This document shows positions 62,214 through 64,000 of a stretch of 64,000 bases of DNA, piece by piece. This DNA comes from Myxococcota bacterium (lineage in GTDB: Bacteria > Myxococcota_A > Polyangia > Nannocystales > Nannocystaceae). The stretch covers positions 1-64,000 of the forward strand of contig JBCCWC010000009.1 in assembly GCA_039194325.1 (NCBI GenBank), written 5' to 3'. The notes under the pieces are model-generated. The model saw only the letters and a list, made by a program, of their open reading frames with translations, was not told the origin of the DNA and did not search any database. Positions within the stretch are counted from its first letter, which is position 1, and every line of letters begins with the position of its first letter. Made by a program: the position numbers and the translations under genes.

Positions 62214-62378
62214 ATCGCAAACAGGCCCGAGAACGCCGTACAAAAGGAACCCCGCGGAAATCCAGAAATTCCCGAGCGGGCATAAACGCGCTCGCCCACG
62301 CACGGGGCTCGCTCCGTGCCGCCTGGGGTCCGGCCTTGAGCCCGCCCCCGCACGGCCCCGGCGCTCCCGAACCGCTCG

Positions 62379-62597
62379 GATCTCGTCGATGCAATGATCG
62401 ACCGGCGCTGGGTCCCCGAAGATCTCGCCGAAGTCAATGGTTGCGCGCTTTCGAATATCCTCGGACATCGCGAACGCAATGGTCGAGCGAGGGCTCGATG
62501 TCCGGGGACATCCCGCAGCGTCAACCGATGGCGCGTGGCGATGTCCTCGAACATCACCGATGCAATGATCGAGCGCCGTCGGATCCCGCAGGACATC
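62379..62597. repeat. Degenerate array of 6 units, 42-43 bp period, with palindromic junctions
   Basis: GATCTC/GACATC/AACATC cores at 62379, 62421, 62464, 62507, 62550 and 62592; junction consensus GATRTCC-NN-GGACATC. Confidence 0.75.
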
Positions 62598-62904
62598 GGC
62601 GCGCACGTCGACCCCACGAGTCCGACCCGTGGAGCGAAACTCCCCACCGACGACCCGATTCGCGAACATTTGCCCCACGACTTATCGTGTTTCGCGTTTT
62701 CCCCCAACGCCCCCGAGTCGTCCGTCATCACGCTCGACCACGGATCGCGGGCTCGCGGTCGCAGCCGCTCCCCTCGTCACAGCTCTCGTGACAGCGACCC
62801 GCGACAACGAGGTGAAGCAATGACCGTTTTGCTCCTCGACCGCGTGTGATCGAACCGCCGATGATCGCTTGCGTAGCCTCGAAACCTGTGATGCCGTAGC
62901 CAAT

Positions 62905-64000
62905 GTGTCCGAGGTTCCCTACGATGAGATCCTCGCGCTGAGCCCGTCGGTCGTCTACGTGACAACGGCCGACTGCTTGGCGACCCCCCGGTTCGTCTCG
63001 ACCAACATCGAGCGGCTCCTCGATCACCCCTCGCACGAATTCACCAACGGAACAACGTACCTGTGGGATCTCGTGCACGAGGAGGACCGGGAGATCGTCC
63101 TCGTACACCTTCGTGCTCCCCGGTCGAGCGAGCCGGTCGACCTGCCCGACTATCGCCTGCGCTCCGGCCTGCGATCTGGCCTTCGATCCGGCCTTCGATC
63201 CGGCGAGTCCCTCGAGGTCTGGGTCAGCCACCGGCTCGTCGCGCACGGCCCGGACACCACCCTGCATTTTTTCGAGGACATCAGCGATCGCAAGCGGATC
63301 GAGAACGACCTGGCGTTCCACAAGGAGCGACTGGAGCTGGTGCTCGAGGGCACCCGGCTGGGGATGTGGGACTGGAACCCGCAGACCAACGACGTGGTCT
63401 TCAACGAGCGATGGGCCACGATGCTGGGCCACGAGCTCTCGGAGATCGAGCAGGAACTTTCGTCGTGGGAGTCTCGCGTGCACCCGGACGACCTGGCCGC
63501 GTGCTACGCCGACATCACCGCCCACATCGAAGGGCGGACGGCCTTCTACGAGAACATCCACCGCATGCGGCACAAGGACGGCAGCTGGCGGCACATCCTC
63601 GATCGGGGCAAGATCGTCGAGTACGACCGGAGCGGCAAGCCGCTTCGCTTTACCGGGACCCACACCGACATCACCCGGCAAAAGCGGGCCGAGTTCGATG
63701 CCACGGCCGCCGATCGGGCCAAGAGCTACTTCCTGGCCAACATGAGCCACGAGCTGCGAGGGCCGCTCAACGGGATCCTGGGCCTCAACACCTTGCTGTC
63801 ACAGTCGCTGTCGGATCCCGAGCGGCTCGAGTACGTGCAGGCGGTGCGAGAGTGCGGCCAGAGCTTGCTGGTCATCATCAACGACATCCTCGACTTCTCG
63901 AAGATCGAGGCCGGCAAGCTCGAGCTCGACCCGCAGCCCTTCGACCTCCACCAGATGATCGCCAGCGTGCTGCTGCTGTGCCGGGAGCGGGCGCTGTCCA
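62905..64000 (+). CDS. PAS-PAS sensor histidine kinase (truncated by window end)
   Basis: Translated by hand: two PAS/PAC domains (LVHEEDR; WDWNPQTN...VHPDD...HKDGSW), H-box FLANMSHELRGPLNGI, and NDILDFSKIEAGKL. Start uncertain. Absent from the ORF track because it runs off the end. Confidence 0.92.
   Translation, partial: MSEVPYDEILALSPSVVYVTTADCLATPRFVSTNIERLLDHPSHEFTNGTTYLWDLVHEEDREIVLVHLRAPRSSEPVDLPDYRLRSGLRSGLRSGLRSGESLEVWVSHRLVAHGPDTTLHFFEDISDRKRIENDLAFHKERLELVLEGTRLGMWDWNPQTNDVVFNERWATMLGHELSEIEQELSSWESRVHPDDLAACYADITAHIEGRTAFYENIHRMRHKDGSWRHILDRGKIVEYDRSGKPLRFTGTHTDITRQKRAEFDATAADRAKSYFLANMSHELRGPLNGILGLNTLLSQSLSDPERLEYVQAVRECGQSLLVIINDILDFSKIEAGKLELDPQPFDLHQMIASVLLLCRERALS

Noticed and set aside
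62379..62597. CRISPR array or integron attC cassettes
   Set aside because: Repeats are short and degenerate, the spacers resemble each other, no cas or integrase gene is present, and no GTTRRRY cassette structure was seen.

Overview
GC-rich bacterial chromosomal window, very likely a myxobacterium. Nannocystaceae-like is my inference from the TIGR04551 barrel, DUF1552/DUF1592 and DUF1501 pairs, TPR Ser/Thr kinases, FHA regulators and many lipoproteins. About 38 protein genes can be supported, two of them cut by the window edges. No rRNA, tRNA, transposase or bona fide CRISPR array was seen. Housekeeping genes: radA, cinA-recA and a PP2C phosphatase. Accessory content: secreted hydrolases (GH8, GH13, pectin-acetylesterase-like, M60 and S8 peptidases); two Ser/Thr kinase + FHA-regulator modules; a bacillithiol-type operon whose first gene is an unusual (methyltransferase-like)-BshB-BshC fusion, followed by bshA and an MFS transporter; an ECF sigma / membrane anti-sigma / TPR-CHAT / subtilase operon; an acyl-CoA ligase-MBOAT-AlgX/J-GT-C cluster; and an EAD1-domain protein. 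Non-coding structure: two arrays with a 41-43 bp period (31769-31904, and 62379-62597 beside an uncharacterised helical protein gene with a structured leader), a sigma54 promoter in front of an 8-Cys secreted peptide, and eight short tandem repeats that sit on or just after stop codons. All family assignments come from motif recognition by eye; no database searches were run.
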